DNA of 64,000 bases from an uncultured Actinomycetota bacterium (GTDB lineage Bacteria; Actinomycetota; Actinomycetes; CAVWCF01), in the NCBI GenBank assembly GCA_963753435.1, contig CAVWCF010000001.1, positions 1,568,001 through 1,632,000 on the forward strand. Reading direction: 5' to 3'. The notes under the pieces are model-generated. The model saw only the letters and a list, made by a program, of their open reading frames with translations, was not told the origin of the DNA and made no database searches. A program made the translations under genes and the position numbers. Below are positions 18,035-30,334 of this stretch, piece by piece; the first letter of the stretch is position 1, and the number at the start of each line of letters is the position of its first letter.

Positions 18035-18083
18035 CTTGAATGCCGCATTCACGCGACTAGAGCGCCCGAATGCCGCATTCAAG
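18035..18083. repeat. Intergenic palindromic (REP-like) element, possible bidirectional terminator
   Basis: cttgaatgccgcattc...gaatgccgcattcaag between convergent iclR and pstB. Same family as 51255-51288 and 51963-52019. Confidence 0.65.
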
Positions 18084-18102
18084 GCTTGCAGCCCGGGCTG
18101 GG

Positions 18103-18966
18103 TCAGCCGAAGCGGCCGGAGATGTAGTCCTCGGTGCGCTTGTCCGCCGGTGACGTGAAGATCGTGTGGGTGTCGTCGATCTCCACGAGCCGCCCGTGCC
18201 GCACGCCGTGGGAGTCCACCTCGGCGGTGAAGAACGCGGTCCGGTCCGAAACGCGAGCGGCCTGCTGCATGTTGTGAGTGACGATGATGATCGTGTACTC
18301 CGTCGCCAGGTTTTGCATCAGGTCCTCGATCTTCTGTGTGGCGATCGGGTCCAGTGATGCGCACGGCTCATCCATCAGGATCACGTCGGGCTGCACGGCG
18401 ATGCAGCGGGCGATGCACAGCCGCTGCTGCTGACCACCGGACAACGCGTACGCGTTCTTGTCCAACTGGTCCTTGACCTCGTCCCACAGGGCCGCCCGCG
18501 TCAACGCCTCCTCGACGAGGTCGTCCATGCTGTCGATCTTCCAGCCGTTTACCCGTGGGCCGTAGGCGATGTTGTCGTAGATGGACTTGGGGAACGGGTT
18601 CGGCTTCTGGAACACCATGCCGACGCGGCGACGCAACTCGATCACGTCGACCTCAGGGGCGTACAGGTCCTGACCGTGATACGTGATCTTGCCGGTGATG
18701 TGAGCGCCCGGGATCAGGTCGTTCATGCGGTCGAAGCAGCGCAGCACCGTGCTCTTGCCGCATCCGGACGGACCGATCATCGCGGAGATCTGGTTGGCGT
18801 AGAACGTCATGTCCACGTTGCGCACGGCCTCGTAGTCCTCGTAGAAGACGGACAGGTCGTGCGTCTGCATAACGGCTGTGCTGTCTCCGGTTGCACGGTC
18901 CCGCGCGGCCACCTGTGGCGTCTTGGCCAGGTCCTTCGGGTCGTGCTCGGGGGTAACCGTGGTCAT
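18103..18966 (-). CDS. pstB: Phosphate ABC transporter ATP-binding protein
   Basis: [36 protein letters not shown] and [10 protein letters not shown]. Confidence 0.96.
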   Translation of the reverse strand: MTTVTPEHDPKDLAKTPQVAARDRATGDSTAVMQTHDLSVFYEDYEAVRNVDMTFYANQISAMIGPSGCGKSTVLRCFDRMNDLIPGAHITGKITYHGQDLYAPEVDVIELRRRVGMVFQKPNPFPKSIYDNIAYGPRVNGWKIDSMDDLVEEALTRAALWDEVKDQLDKNAYALSGGQQQRLCIARCIAVQPDVILMDEPCASLDPIATQKIEDLMQNLATEYTIIIVTHNMQQAARVSDRTAFFTAEVDSHGVRHGRLVEIDDTHTIFTSPADKRTEDYISGRFG

Positions 18967-18971
18967 GGCCG

Positions 18972-19874
18972 TCACCACTTCTTCGTGTATCGGTTGCGGA
19001 CGATGATCGCGATCGAGTTCATGATGAGCAACAGCACCAAGAGAACCACGATCGTTGCCGAGGCGAGCGTCTGGAACTCCTCGCGGGGGTCCTTGACCCA
19101 GTTGAAGATCTGAATCGGCAACGTCGTGTAGGCGCTGTCGAATCCGCTCGGATTGAATCGGATGAAGCCGGCGGCGCCGATCAGCAGCAGCGGAGCCGCC
19201 TCGCCGATGGCCCGCGACAGCGCCAGGATGGAACCGGTCGCCATGCCGGGGATGGCGCTGGGCAGTACCTGCCGCCAGGTCGTCTGCCACTTGGACGCGC
19301 CGAGCGCGAGGGATCCGAGCCGGATCTCCTGCGGTACCGCGCGGATCGCCTCGCGGGAGGCGATGATCACGACCGGCAGCACGAGCAGCGCCAGGGTTAT
19401 GGACGCCGTGGCGACGGTGAAGCCAAAGCCGAATCCGCGGGCGATGACCCCGAGGCCGAGGATGCCGTAGATGATCGACGGAACGGCCGCGAGGTTGGCG
19501 ATGTTCACTTCGACGAAAGTGAAGAACTTGTTCGCCGGGTTGCCGTACTCCTCCAGGAAGATGGCGGCAGCGATGCCGATCGGGATGGCCAACAGGGCGG
19601 TCCCGGACATCACCCAGATCGTGCCCAGGATGGCGGACTGAGCTCCGGAGTTCTCCGCGCTCACCTGGGACGGCTGGTTTGTGAACAGTCGCGAGTCCAG
19701 CCGGTCCCAGCCGTCGATGACGACGGTGGTCAGCAGGACCGCGATGAAGATGACGCCAACGCAAAGTGCGGCGAAGAGGACGTATCGGAACACCCGGTCG
19801 GCCGGGCTCTCCTTGTTGCCGGCGATGAGCCGGGAGATGTCCGGTGCGCGATAGGCCTTGGTCGGCGTGGACAT
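18972..19874 (-). CDS. pstA: Phosphate ABC transporter permease
   Basis: [20 protein letters not shown] and [10 protein letters not shown]. Confidence 0.95.
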   Translation of the reverse strand: MSTPTKAYRAPDISRLIAGNKESPADRVFRYVLFAALCVGVIFIAVLLTTVVIDGWDRLDSRLFTNQPSQVSAENSGAQSAILGTIWVMSGTALLAIPIGIAAAIFLEEYGNPANKFFTFVEVNIANLAAVPSIIYGILGLGVIARGFGFGFTVATASITLALLVLPVVIIASREAIRAVPQEIRLGSLALGASKWQTTWRQVLPSAIPGMATGSILALSRAIGEAAPLLLIGAAGFIRFNPSGFDSAYTTLPIQIFNWVKDPREEFQTLASATIVVLLVLLLIMNSIAIIVRNRYTKKW

Positions 19875-20806
19875 CAGTAGGCCTTCCGCAAACGGCGAAC
19901 CAGGCGGATGCTGACCAGGTTCATCGCCAGCGTCATCACGAACAGCAGTGCGCCGACGGCAAAGATGGTGTCGTACTCGACGGTGCCCACCGGTACATCG
20001 CCGGAGCCGGCCTGAGCGATGTAGCCGGTCATGGTCTGCATGGCCTCCAGCGGGTTCCAGGAAAGGTTGGGCAGGTTGCCGGCCGCGATCGTCACGATCA
20101 TGGTCTCCCCGACGGCCCGGGAGATGCCGAGGACCAGGGCCGCGGTGATGCCGGAGATGGCAGCCGGGAAGACCACGTTCAGGGTGATCTGGCGCTTGGT
20201 GGCGCCGAGGGCGTAGCCGCCGTTGCGCAGGGCGTCCGGCACCGCATGCATCGCGTCCTCAGCGAGGGACGCGACGGTTGGAACGATCATGATGCCGACC
20301 ATCAGGCCGGCCGACAGCGCGTTGAAGATCTGGGTGGAGGGGAACACCGTCTGCAGGATCGGTGTCACGAACTCCAGGGCGAAGAAGCCGAACACCACGG
20401 TGGGAATGCCGGCCAGTAGTTCCAGGATGGGCTTGAAGGTCTTGCGGACCCGCGGCCCGGCGTACTCGGACAGGTACATCGCGGATGCCAAGCCGATCGG
20501 CGCGGCTACGACCATGCCGATGAGGGAGATCAGCAGCGTCGCGGTGACCAGCGGGATAACGCCGTACGACGGCGGCTCGAAGAGAGGTGACCAGTTCGTT
20601 CCCGTGATGAAGTCGGAGAACGGGACAAGCGTGAAGAATTCTGCGGCTGGTACGAACAGTGAGATAACGATGCCGAGGGTCGTCGCCACCGATACCAAAG
20701 CCGCGACCACGAGGGTCGACTCGACGATCCGGTCGCCCCACCGAACCTGCTTCCGGTCCAGAGACGGGGTCTCTGGACCGGAAGCCTGGTCAGCCAGCAG
20801 TGTCAC
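19874..20806 (-). CDS. pstC: Phosphate ABC transporter permease
   Basis: [12 protein letters not shown] and [10 protein letters not shown]. Confidence 0.95.
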   Translation of the reverse strand: MTLLADQASGPETPSLDRKQVRWGDRIVESTLVVAALVSVATTLGIVISLFVPAAEFFTLVPFSDFITGTNWSPLFEPPSYGVIPLVTATLLISLIGMVVAAPIGLASAMYLSEYAGPRVRKTFKPILELLAGIPTVVFGFFALEFVTPILQTVFPSTQIFNALSAGLMVGIMIVPTVASLAEDAMHAVPDALRNGGYALGATKRQITLNVVFPAAISGITAALVLGISRAVGETMIVTIAAGNLPNLSWNPLEAMQTMTGYIAQAGSGDVPVGTVEYDTIFAVGALLFVMTLAMNLVSIRLVRRLRKAY

Positions 20807-20842
20807 GTCGACAGTCTTGCGTTAGTCGGGTCGTCGGCGCTA

Positions 20843-21805
20843 TCAGCTACCGGAGATCGACGCCCAGGTCGACTCCAGTTCGGCCCGCTGGTCATCGTTC
20901 AGCGGGATGTAGCCGGCAGCCTCGGCGATCTCGGCGTCGTTGGCGACGACGAAGTCGAAGAAGGCCTTGACTGCCTCGTTCTCGGCCACGGCGTTTGTGC
21001 TCGGGTAGATGAACAGCGGGCGGGACAGCGGGGTGTAGGAGCCGTCCTGCGCGGTCTCAGCGCTTGGGGTCACGCAGCCGGCGCCGCTGTCGATCTGAAC
21101 GGCCTTCAAGGTGTCGGCGTTCTCCTCGAAGTACGTGTAGCCGAAGTAGCCGAGGCCGCCCTTGCTGCCCTGCACGCCCTTGACGATCACGTTGTCGTCT
21201 TCTGACGGCTGGAAGTCGGTGCGGCTGGCGCCTTCTTCGCCGTTGATCTCGTCGGTGAAGTAGTCAAAGGTGCCGGAGTCGGTGCCGGGGCCGAACAGGG
21301 CCAGCGGCTCGTCGGGGAAGCCGTCACGGATGTCCGCCCAGCTGGTGGCCGTCGAGTCGGGCCCCCACATGACGTTCAGCTCCTCGACGGTGAGGCACTC
21401 GGCCCAGTCGTTCTCGGTGTTCACAACGACCGTCAGCGCGTCCACGGCGACAGTGAGCTCCTCGAACTCCACACCGTTCTCGGCGCAGATCGCAGCCTCT
21501 TCGTCCTTGACCGGCCGGGAGGCGTCGTTTGCGTCCGTCTCTCCGACGCAGAACTTCTCGAAGCCACCGCCGGTGCCGGACGTGCCGACGGACACCTGCA
21601 CACCGGGCTGCTCCTCGCCGAAGAACTCCGCTGCTGCGGAGGTGAAGGGAGCGACGGTGCTGGAACCGTCGATGCGGACCGAGCCGGTCAGGTCCCCGCC
21701 GCCGGTTTCGCCATTGTCGTCACTGCTGCAGCCGGCGGTGATCAGGCCCAGGGCCAGCACGGCTGCGGCGGGCGCCAGCGCCCGACTTGTCCTGCGGAGA
21801 TTCAC
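20843..21805 (-). CDS. pstS: Phosphate-binding lipoprotein
   Basis: Lipobox TAGC; IDGSSTV, SGTGGGF, DSGTFDYF and YTPLSRPLF. Confidence 0.95.
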   Translation of the reverse strand: MNLRRTSRALAPAAAVLALGLITAGCSSDDNGETGGGDLTGSVRIDGSSTVAPFTSAAAEFFGEEQPGVQVSVGTSGTGGGFEKFCVGETDANDASRPVKDEEAAICAENGVEFEELTVAVDALTVVVNTENDWAECLTVEELNVMWGPDSTATSWADIRDGFPDEPLALFGPGTDSGTFDYFTDEINGEEGASRTDFQPSEDDNVIVKGVQGSKGGLGYFGYTYFEENADTLKAVQIDSGAGCVTPSAETAQDGSYTPLSRPLFIYPSTNAVAENEAVKAFFDFVVANDAEIAEAAGYIPLNDDQRAELESTWASISGS

Positions 21806-21886
21806 GCGATTGGTCCCTTCGTTGTGACCGCGAAACCCCTGCGGTCGACGTTGTTGTCATCGGGACCGTAGGGGTGCCAGGTGGCC

Positions 21887-21919
21887 GGTCCGGGAACGGT
21901 GGATGAACGGCCGGTGAAC
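21887..21919 (-). promoter_or_regulatory. PHO box (11-nt direct repeats)
   Basis: On the minus strand: GTTCACCGGCC-GTTCATCCACC-GTTCCCGGACC upstream of pstS. Confidence 0.75.
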
Positions 21920-21943
21920 GAAAGGAAGCAGTCGGGGAACGGG

Positions 21944-22828
21944 TCAGCGCGCCACCGAGCCGAGCGGCGCGGGTTCGGGTGCAGCGTGGGTTTCGACCGC
22001 CACTGGGATGCCGTCGGCCAGGTGCACCACGTGGGCGGCGGCCAGGTCCAAGCCGCCGATGGGCACGTCGAGGGCTGCGCCCAGCGCGGGGAACAACGGA
22101 CGGTGGGTGCAGACGGCAGTGGGGGTGCCGGACGCAGCCAGCGCGCGGATGCGCCCTCCCGCTGCCTCCGGGTGCCTTTCGAAGGCCGCCTCCGACAGCG
22201 CCGGTTCCACTTCCAACGTGACGCGGGCCTGTTCGCAGTAGGGCGTCACCGTGCGCAGGCAGCGGTCCGCGTCGGAGGAGACCACCCGGGTGACCCCGTA
22301 GGCACGCAACAGCCCGGTCAACGCCAGAGCCTGACGCTGCCCCTCCTCCGTCAGCGGTCGCAGGTCGTCCGGTCCGTCCCAGTCCCCCCGCCGAACCGCT
22401 CGCGCGTGGCGCACCAGCAACAGCGGAGCGGAGTCAGCGTCCGCGGCCCATTCGTGCAACAGGTCCGCGTCCCGCGACCACGTCAGGGTGCGGGCGGCTT
22501 CGGGAACCGGCAGCCAGCGCAGGTCGTCCACCTCCGCATGCGCAGTGAACCGGCCGACGCCGGCCCGACCGGACCAGTAGTGCACGTGCTTGGTTCGGCC
22601 GTTGACCAGGTATTCCTGCATCGATAGCGGTCGACCGAGGGTCACTGCGTGGCCGGTCTCCTCGGCTGTCTCGCGCACCGCCGTGGCCCACAACGGCTCG
22701 CCGGCTTCGGTCTTGCCCTTGGGCAGGCTCCAGTCGTCGTATTTGGGCCGGTGCACTAGTGCGACTTCCCGGCCGCGACTGGAGTCGCGCCACAGGACCA
22801 CCCCGGCGGCCAGGATCGGTTCAGCCAC
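21944..22828 (-). CDS. mutT1: NUDIX hydrolase with C-terminal histidine phosphatase domain
   Basis: HRPKYDDWSLPKGK..AVRETAEETG; LVRHARA. Confidence 0.88.
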   Translation of the reverse strand: MAEPILAAGVVLWRDSSRGREVALVHRPKYDDWSLPKGKTEAGEPLWATAVRETAEETGHAVTLGRPLSMQEYLVNGRTKHVHYWSGRAGVGRFTAHAEVDDLRWLPVPEAARTLTWSRDADLLHEWAADADSAPLLLVRHARAVRRGDWDGPDDLRPLTEEGQRQALALTGLLRAYGVTRVVSSDADRCLRTVTPYCEQARVTLEVEPALSEAAFERHPEAAGGRIRALAASGTPTAVCTHRPLFPALGAALDVPIGGLDLAAAHVVHLADGIPVAVETHAAPEPAPLGSVAR

Positions 22829-22870
22829 TGTCCCTCACTGGTGTTGGACCTTCGCGCTTCGACGGGGGAG

Positions 22871-24448
22871 TCATTGTGCGCCGAGCCACCGGCGGTGGCG
22901 GGGGTGGGCGGCTTGCGGCCAGCGCTTCAAGAAGCGACGACGAACCGCGGCGCAGGCGTCCCGTTGCAGTCCGTACAACTCCCCGAGGGCGAACCCAGCC
23001 GACCCGGACACATGCGGCCGGTGGGCCAGCGCGTGCACTTCATCTGCGGCAACAGCGGCGTCCTGGTGCTCGCCGAGCAACTCAGTGAGTGACTCCATGC
23101 GCTCGGCGAATTGGGCCGCATCCGCACCGAGAGTGGGTGCCACCGCCTCGGCCGCGTACCGCACGCGCTTGGCCGCTATCCGCGTTTCGTGCCAGGGCTC
23201 GTCCGGCGAGCGCAGTCCGAGCTTGCGCACGTCCTTGGCTAGTCGCGTCCAGGACTTGGCTACCAAGGGCGGCAGCACGTCCTTCGCCGGATCCGCCGCC
23301 GCCTGCGTCAGCGGCGGATCGTTCGCGGCCCGCAGGAGGGAGTCCAGCAGCGCCAGGTAGCGCGGCGAGCGAAGGGCGGCGAGAGCCTGTGCGCGTGCGT
23401 CCGCCATCCCGTCTTCCAGCGCGGCCACCACGACCGCCGACGCCTCGTCCGCCTCGGCGTGCTCAGGCAAGCGCTGCAGATCCCGCAACAGTCGGGCTTC
23501 AAGCACCTCCCGGTCCCGCGCCGCTCCCAGGGCCCCTGCCAGCCACGCCAATTCCGCGCGCAGCGGGTCGGACCAGTCTGCGTCCAGCAACGGTGCGAAC
23601 ACCTTCATGCCACTGCGCATGCGGCGCGCGGCCACGCGCATCTGGTGCACTGCGTCATCCAGTCCCAGCCGAACCCGTGGGTCCTGGCGCAGCAGCGCCC
23701 GAACCTGGGTTGCCAGGTATGCACGCACGGCGTCGCCGGCCGGGTCGTTGGGCGTGGCTGCGGGAACGTCGGGAACGTCCGGTGGGGCCGCCGAAGCCGG
23801 ACCTAGGGCCCGGCTGACCTTGGACGTGAAGGTGCCCTGGATTGCGCCGGCGTGCCTTAGTCGGGCGTCCAGGTCGTCGAGAGTTTGGCTGGTGACCCTC
23901 CCGCTGATCTCGACCTCCACCTCGCGGAACCGGGCCGCGACGTGGTCACCGTCCAGCACCGAAACCGTGTCGTCGGTCAGTTCGGCCAGGAGGTCGTTGC
24001 CCCCGCTGAGCAACTCGTAGGCGCGCCGCTCGGTGCGCAATGTGGCCACCGGCTGCAGCGCGGCCGACCGGCACCAAGCCGTCGTCAGCTCCCGAAGGGA
24101 CTCGGGGATCGACGGTCCTGCCTGCAGTGGCACCTGATGTTCGGTACGCGCACCCGGCTCGTTTTCGGGCAACTTGAGGTGCCAACCGTCGTCCACGCCG
24201 CCTTCACGACGGCGCAGGGTGATGCCGGACCGGGCCAGGCGCAGGTCCTCGGTGTCGTAGTAGACGGCCAGCAGTTCCATCGGTGGCAACGCGCGAACGG
24301 TTTCGACGTCCGGCAGTTCGCCAAGCGGCGGCAGCCGGAACAGCCCGTGCACCTTGTACTTGCGCTCAACCTCCAGGTGCTGGGTCGGCGAATCCTCAGT
24401 CGTGGTGATACCCGCATCGGTTGAGTCGGTTGGTTGCACCTGGCTCAC
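22871..24448 (-). CDS. CYTH + CHAD domain protein (polyphosphate-associated)
   Basis: EVERK, LRRREGG..WHLK, REVEVE (CYTH); [10 protein letters not shown] and [12 protein letters not shown] (CHAD). Confidence 0.9.
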   Translation of the reverse strand: MSQVQPTDSTDAGITTTEDSPTQHLEVERKYKVHGLFRLPPLGELPDVETVRALPPMELLAVYYDTEDLRLARSGITLRRREGGVDDGWHLKLPENEPGARTEHQVPLQAGPSIPESLRELTTAWCRSAALQPVATLRTERRAYELLSGGNDLLAELTDDTVSVLDGDHVAARFREVEVEISGRVTSQTLDDLDARLRHAGAIQGTFTSKVSRALGPASAAPPDVPDVPAATPNDPAGDAVRAYLATQVRALLRQDPRVRLGLDDAVHQMRVAARRMRSGMKVFAPLLDADWSDPLRAELAWLAGALGAARDREVLEARLLRDLQRLPEHAEADEASAVVVAALEDGMADARAQALAALRSPRYLALLDSLLRAANDPPLTQAAADPAKDVLPPLVAKSWTRLAKDVRKLGLRSPDEPWHETRIAAKRVRYAAEAVAPTLGADAAQFAERMESLTELLGEHQDAAVAADEVHALAHRPHVSGSAGFALGELYGLQRDACAAVRRRFLKRWPQAAHPRHRRWLGAQ

Positions 24449-26538
24449 GGAGCCCAACCGCGGTTCTGCAGGAGAACAGCCTGAATGTCGGTTAGCCGCT
24501 CTCCGGAAGCCGTGGTGGCGATGCGTTGCCAGGTGTCATCCGGTTGCAGGTGCCAGGCGTCCACGTCGTCGGACAACCCCAGGTCGAGCAGTTGCGTCAG
24601 CCGCTGCACGTGCTCGGGGTCGGCGATGCTGACCAGCGCCTCTACCCGCCGATCGAGGTTGCGGTGCATCAGATCGGCGCTGCCGATCCAGACCTGTGGA
24701 CGCCCGCCGCTGGCGAACCAGTAGATGCGCGAATGCTCCAGGAACCGCCCCAAGATGCTGCGGACCTTCAGGTTGGACTCGCTCAGGTCGGGGACTCCGG
24801 CCCGAAGCCCGCAGATGCCACGTACCCAGACCTCCACCGGGACGCCGGCGTCAGCGGCGGCGTAGAGGGCGTCCATCGTGCGCTCGTCCACGATCGAGTT
24901 CACCTTGAAGCGGATACCGGCAGGTCGACCGGCCCGATGGTGCTCGATTTCGGATTCGATCCGTTCGATCAGCCCGTCGCGGATGGAATGCGGGGCGACC
25001 AGCAGCCGTCCGTACTCGGTGTGCCGGGAGTACCCGGACAGCACGTTGAAGAGGTGGGTGACGTCGTCGGCCACCATGGGATCGGCGGTGATCAGCCCGA
25101 GGTCTTCGTATAGACGTGCCGTCTTGGGGTGGTAGTTGCCAGTGCCGATGTGGGTGTACCGGCGGATGGTGTCGCCTTCCCGCCGAACCACCAGCGACGC
25201 CTTGCAGTGCGTCTTGAGGCCGACCACTCCGTAGACGACGTGGCAGCCGGCCTCCTCAAGTTTGCGGGCCCGGCGGATGTTGGCCTGCTCGTCGAAGCGG
25301 GCTTTGATCTCGACCAGAGCCAGCACCTGCTTGCCCGCGTCCGCGGCGTCGATCAACGCGTCGACGATGGGGGAGTCGGCGCTGGTTCGGTACAGCGTCT
25401 GCTTGATGGCGAGGACGTCCGGGTCCCGCGCCGCCTGCTCCAGGAACGCCTGCACCGACGTGCTGAACGACTCGTAGGGGTGATGCAGCAGGATGTCCCG
25501 GTCGCGGGCGACCGCGAAGATGTCGGGCACCTCGGACGTCTCCACCTCGGACAGGTCGAAACTGGTGCGCGGCACGAATGGCGGGTCTTTGAGGTCGCCG
25601 CGGTCGACGCTGTGCAGCGCCCAAAGGCCGGTGAGGTCCAGCGGTTCGGGCAGCGCGAACACCTCGTGCTCGTGCACGCCGAGTTCGCGGATCAGCAGGT
25701 CGAGGACGTGGGGGTCCATGTCCTCGCCGATCTCCAGGCGAACCGCCGGCCCGAACCGGCGGCGGGTCAGCTCGGTCTCCATCGCGTGCAGCAGGTTCTC
25801 CGCGTCGTCCTCCTCGACGGAGACGTCCTCATTCCGCGTTACGCGGAAGGTGTAGTGGCTGAGCACCTGCATGCCGGGGAAGAGCTGGTCCAGGTGCGCA
25901 GCGATCACGTCCTCCAGCGGAACGAATCGCTGCTCGTTGACCCGGTAGAAGCGCGGCAGCAGCTGGGGCACCTTCACCCGGGCGAAGTGCTCGCCGCGCG
26001 TTTCCGGGTTGCGCACCACGACTGCGAGGTTCAGCGACAGCCCGGAGATGTACGGGAACGGGTGGGCGGGGTCCACCGCCAGCGGCGTCAGAACTGGGAA
26101 GACCTGGTCGATGAACAGCTGTTCCATGCGCTTGCGTTCGTCATCGGTCAACGCCCGCCAGCGGACCACCTCGATGCCTTCCTCGGCGAGGGCCGGCGCG
26201 ATCTCGTCGCGGTAGGTGATCGCGTGCTGGCGCATCTGCTCGCGGGCTTCGGTCAGGATGGCCGCGTACACGTCGCGCGGGGCGTCCCCGCTGGCGTTGC
26301 GCACGGCGATGCCGGCGCTGATCCGGCGCTTGAGACCGGCAACCCGGACCATGAAGAACTCGTCGAGGTTCGAGGCGTAGATGGCGCAGAACTTGGCCCG
26401 CTCCAGCAACGGCTGCGCCGGGTCCTGCGCCAATTCCAGTACGCGGCGGTTGAACGCCAACCAGGACTGTTCCCGGTCGGAGTACCGCCGTACGGATGGT
26501 GTGGATTCGTCGCTGACCGATGGGGAAGCCGATGCCAT
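24445..26538 (-). CDS. ppk1: Polyphosphate kinase 1
   Basis: [37 protein letters not shown] and [14 protein letters not shown]. Confidence 0.96.
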   Translation of the reverse strand: MASASPSVSDESTPSVRRYSDREQSWLAFNRRVLELAQDPAQPLLERAKFCAIYASNLDEFFMVRVAGLKRRISAGIAVRNASGDAPRDVYAAILTEAREQMRQHAITYRDEIAPALAEEGIEVVRWRALTDDERKRMEQLFIDQVFPVLTPLAVDPAHPFPYISGLSLNLAVVVRNPETRGEHFARVKVPQLLPRFYRVNEQRFVPLEDVIAAHLDQLFPGMQVLSHYTFRVTRNEDVSVEEDDAENLLHAMETELTRRRFGPAVRLEIGEDMDPHVLDLLIRELGVHEHEVFALPEPLDLTGLWALHSVDRGDLKDPPFVPRTSFDLSEVETSEVPDIFAVARDRDILLHHPYESFSTSVQAFLEQAARDPDVLAIKQTLYRTSADSPIVDALIDAADAGKQVLALVEIKARFDEQANIRRARKLEEAGCHVVYGVVGLKTHCKASLVVRREGDTIRRYTHIGTGNYHPKTARLYEDLGLITADPMVADDVTHLFNVLSGYSRHTEYGRLLVAPHSIRDGLIERIESEIEHHRAGRPAGIRFKVNSIVDERTMDALYAAADAGVPVEVWVRGICGLRAGVPDLSESNLKVRSILGRFLEHSRIYWFASGGRPQVWIGSADLMHRNLDRRVEALVSIADPEHVQRLTQLLDLGLSDDVDAWHLQPDDTWQRIATTASGERLTDIQAVLLQNRGWAP

Positions 26539-26608
26539 GGACGTAGCGTGACACGGTCTCTGCTTGGGCGACCAGAGCGTCCCCAGGTACTCGTGGCGGC
26601 GAGACCAC

Positions 26609-27598
26609 TCAGGGGTGGGCCTGGAACTCCACGTCGGTGTCCCAATGGGTGAAACCCAACTGTTCGTACAGGCGGATGGCCGGCTTGTTGTCGGCATCCA
26701 CGTAGAGCATCGCCGTGGCTAGTCCGGCCGAGCGCAGATGGGCGAGGCCGGCCAGCACCAAGGCGCGACCCAGGCCGGTGCCGCGCTCGGCGGGAAGCAC
26801 CCCCACCACGTACACCTCGCCCAGCCGTTCGTGACCGTGATCGCTGTCGGTACCGGGCGCGGCCGGTGACTCGTGGGGCTCGCCTGAGTGTGCCTCCGGC
26901 GTGTGCGGCTCGGCGCCGTGCACTTTGGTCCAGTGGAAGCCGACCAGGTCCGAGCCGCGTTCGGCCAGGAGGAACCCGCTGGGGTCGAACCAGGACTCCG
27001 CCTGCCGCCGGGACAGGTCCTCGGCACTCCACCGGCCCTGTTCGGGGTGCTCGGCGAAAGCGGCTGCGTTCACGGCCAGCCAGGCCGCGTCGTCCTGACC
27101 GGGAACGAAGGTGCGGATCCGTACGCCGGGCGGCAACTGCGCCGGCGGCAGCGGAGCCCACAGCGACCGTCGCATTTGCCACAGTTCCCGCTGGGAGTCG
27201 AACCCGAGGGTCCCGGCCAGGAACTCCCCGGCCGGATGCAGCCCGTGGGCCCAAACCCGGAGGCCGGCGCCCGTGGTCTCGGTTCGAAGCGCCTCCACCA
27301 ATTGGCGACCCAGGCCCTGCCGGCGGTAATCGGGGTCGACGACCAACTCGGCGCTGGGTCCACGCACCTCATCGGTCGGGTCCAGGTGGGCGTATCCGAC
27401 CAGACGTTCGCCGGCATCGGTCGGCGCGTACAGCAGCAGGCTGCGGTCGCCGTAGTCCCCGCCGTGGCGCAGGTGCAGCGCTACGTGCTCGCTCAGCGGA
27501 CGCACCCCATCGACCTCCGTGGCGCGTTCGACGAGCAGCGCGACGGCCTCGACTTCGGCAGGTTCGAGGTTCGGGACGACCTCAAGCCGCAGGGTCAA
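26609..27598 (-). CDS. mshD: Mycothiol synthase (tandem GNAT)
   Basis: [28 protein letters not shown] and LYVDADN. Confidence 0.93.
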   Translation of the reverse strand: MTLRLEVVPNLEPAEVEAVALLVERATEVDGVRPLSEHVALHLRHGGDYGDRSLLLYAPTDAGERLVGYAHLDPTDEVRGPSAELVVDPDYRRQGLGRQLVEALRTETTGAGLRVWAHGLHPAGEFLAGTLGFDSQRELWQMRRSLWAPLPPAQLPPGVRIRTFVPGQDDAAWLAVNAAAFAEHPEQGRWSAEDLSRRQAESWFDPSGFLLAERGSDLVGFHWTKVHGAEPHTPEAHSGEPHESPAAPGTDSDHGHERLGEVYVVGVLPAERGTGLGRALVLAGLAHLRSAGLATAMLYVDADNKPAIRLYEQLGFTHWDTDVEFQAHP

Positions 27599-28293
27599 GG
27601 CGTTACCGGCTGGGCCTCGGCCGAATCGGCCTCCACGAACCGGTAGCCGACACCGCGAACGGTGCCGATGAGCGCCTCATGCTCGGTGCCCAGTTTCGCT
27701 CGCAGTCGGCGGACGTGGACGTCGACCGTGCGGGTGCCGCCGTAGTAGTCGTAGCCCCAAACTTCCTGAAGCAACTGTCCGCGCGTGAAGACGCGTCCGG
27801 GGTGTTGCGCCAGGTACTTCAGCAATTCGAACTCCTTGTACGTGAGGTCGAGAGCGCGGCCGCGCACACTCGCCGTGTACAGCGCCTCATCGACCCGCAC
27901 GTCGCCTCTGGTGATCGCGTCCGGTGCCTCGTCCCCCTCGGCGGTGGCGCGCCCGATGGCCAGGCGGATCCGCGCCTCCAGCTCGGCGGGGCCGGCTTCG
28001 GCGAGCACCACGTCGTCGACGGTCCAGTCGGCGTTGATCGCGGCCAGGGCGCCTTCAGTCACCACGGCGATGAGCGGGGCATCCGTGCCGGTGGTGGTCA
28101 GGAGCCGGCACAGTTCCTTGCGCTGAGTGAGGTGGGCGCGCGCATCAACGAGAATGACGTCGGCCGGTTCGGTGTCCAGCAGTGCGGAGACTTCCGCGGG
28201 CGCGACCCGGACGTGATGCATGAGCAGGTCCAGCGCCGGCAGAACTGAGGCGGACGGGCCGGAGTCGTCTGTCAGCAGGAGTAGCTGCGCCAC
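27595..28293 (-). CDS. glnR: Global nitrogen regulator GlnR (orphan OmpR family)
   Basis: [37 protein letters not shown] and [24 protein letters not shown]. Confidence 0.9.
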   Translation of the reverse strand: MAQLLLLTDDSGPSASVLPALDLLMHHVRVAPAEVSALLDTEPADVILVDARAHLTQRKELCRLLTTTGTDAPLIAVVTEGALAAINADWTVDDVVLAEAGPAELEARIRLAIGRATAEGDEAPDAITRGDVRVDEALYTASVRGRALDLTYKEFELLKYLAQHPGRVFTRGQLLQEVWGYDYYGGTRTVDVHVRRLRAKLGTEHEALIGTVRGVGYRFVEADSAEAQPVTP

Positions 28294-28329
28294 GGCGACC
28301 TCCGTCCTTGAAGCGGGAGGATACGCCAC

Positions 28330-29094
28330 GTGGCGGAAACGGTTCGGCGTCGACTGATCGCCGACGACGGCTCGGTGATCGCGGCGACGCACCACCGCGG
28401 ACCCGTCGGCGCACCGGCGGTGGTGCTCGCGCACGGCTTCACCGGATCGCATGCCCGGCCGGAAGTGCAGGCCATCGTCGAGCAGGTGCAGCGGCGCCTG
28501 TCCGTGATCGCGGTGGACCTGCGCGGTCACGGTCAGTCCGGCGGTTGGAGCACTTTGGGCCACCGCGAGGTGGCCGATGTGCAGGCAGCAGTCCAGTGGG
28601 GCCGCCTGCTCGGCCACGAGCGCATCCTCAGCCTGGGTTTCTCGATGGGCGGGGCGGTCGTGGTCCGGCACGCCGCTGCGTACGGCGGGGTTGACGCGGT
28701 GGCCTCGGTCAGCGCCCCCGCACGCTGGAACTACCGCGGCACAAGGCCGATGCGCACCGCCCACTGGGCCGTGTCCGGCCGGGCGCAGCGAGCCCTACTC
28801 AGCCGCACCCGCGGCACCCGGGTGGACATGCGGGTTTGGGAGACACAGCCATGGCCGGCCGATCCGCGCACGGCGGCAGCGGGGCTGAGCGTGCCCCTGC
28901 TGGTAGTGCACGGTGATGCCGACCATTACTTCCCCGTCGATCACGGTGAGCAGTTGGCCGCCGGCCCGTCGGCGGTCCTTTGGCTTGAAGCGGGCTTCGC
29001 TCACGCCGAAAGCGGCATCGGCCCGGACCTGCTGGAGCGGATCATCGACTGGTTGGCGAACTTGGGCGCAACCGACGACCAGCAGTTACCGTGA
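28330..29094 (+). CDS. Alpha/beta hydrolase
   Basis: HGFTG, DLRGHG, GFSMGG and HGDADH..HAE. Confidence 0.85.
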   Translation: MAETVRRRLIADDGSVIAATHHRGPVGAPAVVLAHGFTGSHARPEVQAIVEQVQRRLSVIAVDLRGHGQSGGWSTLGHREVADVQAAVQWGRLLGHERILSLGFSMGGAVVVRHAAAYGGVDAVASVSAPARWNYRGTRPMRTAHWAVSGRAQRALLSRTRGTRVDMRVWETQPWPADPRTAAAGLSVPLLVVHGDADHYFPVDHGEQLAAGPSAVLWLEAGFAHAESGIGPDLLERIIDWLANLGATDDQQLP

Positions 29095-29525
29095 TCGCCG
29101 TGGAGGCGACTGGCGTAGTCGTGGTCGTTGCGGTGCTGCTCGCGGCGATGGCGTTCGCGGCCTACCGCAGACGGACCGACGGACGTGTCCGCGACGTCGC
29201 GGAGCCGGCTGCCGTGGACGCGCTCACCGCCGACCTGCTCGGGCATCCGCTGGGGAATCGAGCGACGCTGGTTCAGTTCTCGACGTCGTTCTGCCAGCCA
29301 TGCCGGGCCACCCGGACCATCCTTGGCGAGGTTGCGGAGTTGGTCGACGGGGTCGAACACGTGGAAATCGATGCGGAGAGCCGGTTGGACCTGGTCCGGC
29401 AGTTGGACGTGATGCGCACGCCGACCGTCTTCGTCTTGGACGCGAACGGCGCGGTGGTCAAGCGCGCGGTCGGTCAGCCGCGCAAAGCAGACGTGGTTGC
29501 GGCCTTGGGTGTCGCCATCTCCTGA
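29091..29525 (+). CDS. Membrane-anchored thioredoxin-like protein
   Basis: N-terminal TM helix, FCQPC, cis-Pro motif RTPT. Confidence 0.85.
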   Translation: MIAVEATGVVVVVAVLLAAMAFAAYRRRTDGRVRDVAEPAAVDALTADLLGHPLGNRATLVQFSTSFCQPCRATRTILGEVAELVDGVEHVEIDAESRLDLVRQLDVMRTPTVFVLDANGAVVKRAVGQPRKADVVAALGVAIS

Positions 29526-29659
29526 CCAAGCACGCGATCGGGGCCCAGCCGGCCTTGTCGCGAGGGCCCAGTTATTGCGTATAGTTCGCAAGATGAGACA
29601 GGTGTCTCGCTATGTGGACACCTGGTGACACCGGCGGGTCGTCTTCTTACCCTTCAGCC

Positions 29660-29740
29660 ATGCATTCGCAGGCAGCGCTGACAAAGCGGCGCGCGGTCGA
29701 CCTGTGCCGCGTGGCCACCTGCCTGTGTCGAATGCCCTGA
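29660..29740 (+). CDS. Cys-rich leader peptide (Ms5788A-like), MHSQAALTKRRAVDLCRVATCLCRMP
   Basis: LTKRRAVDLCRV..CLC signature. TACCCT -10 just upstream (leaderless). Precedes the DUF4395-sulfurtransferase operon. Confidence 0.8.
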   Translation: MHSQAALTKRRAVDLCRVATCLCRMP

Positions 29741-29816
29741 CGGGCGGCGTCCCCTGATCAGTTAGGCCTACGCCGTCCTGCCGCGCCCATTCCAGTAGCG
29801 CCCGTCAGGAGTAGTC

Positions 29817-30254
29817 ATGCAGATCGATCCCCGAGGTACCCGTTTCGCAGCCGCCGTAACCAGTGGTGTGCTCGCTCTCGTCCTCATCACCGGCAGCCCG
29901 TGGTTGCTGTTGGCCCAGTTGGCGGTCTTCGCCGTTGGCGCCTTCGCCGGCCCGGCCAAGTCGCCGTACGGACTGCTGTTCGCCCGCACGGTGCGGCCGC
30001 GCCTGGCGCCGCCGACCGAACTCGAGGATGCCCGGCCGCCGCAGTTCGCGCAGTTGGTCGGCTTCGGCTTCGCGGCCGTTGGCGTTGCTGCGTTCGCACT
30101 CGGGGCCACGGCGGTGGCCTTCGTTGCGGTGGCCGCAGCGCTGGCCGCTGCGTTCCTGAACGCTGCCTACGGCTACTGCCTCGGCTGCGAGATGTACCTG
30201 CTCGGCCGCCGACTGCTGAACCGGCCGGTGCCGGCTGGCGTCGCTGCCGACTGA
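29817..30254 (+). CDS. DUF4395 family membrane protein
   Basis: IDPRGTRF, PPQFAQLVG and LNAAYGYCLGCEMY. Confidence 0.85.
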   Translation: MQIDPRGTRFAAAVTSGVLALVLITGSPWLLLAQLAVFAVGAFAGPAKSPYGLLFARTVRPRLAPPTELEDARPPQFAQLVGFGFAAVGVAAFALGATAVAFVAVAAALAAAFLNAAYGYCLGCEMYLLGRRLLNRPVPAGVAAD

Positions 30255-30334
30255 CGCCTCGCACTGTCGCACCTCAGTTCCACTCACCCAACTCGTACCG
30301 ATGGCGCATTCGCGCCTGCCAGGAAAGGAACACC

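Noticed and set aside
18103-19764. 553-aa PstB ORF (likewise the 389-aa GlnR and 432-aa rhodanese ORFs)
   Set aside because: Upstream extensions overlap neighbouring genes; real starts are internal.
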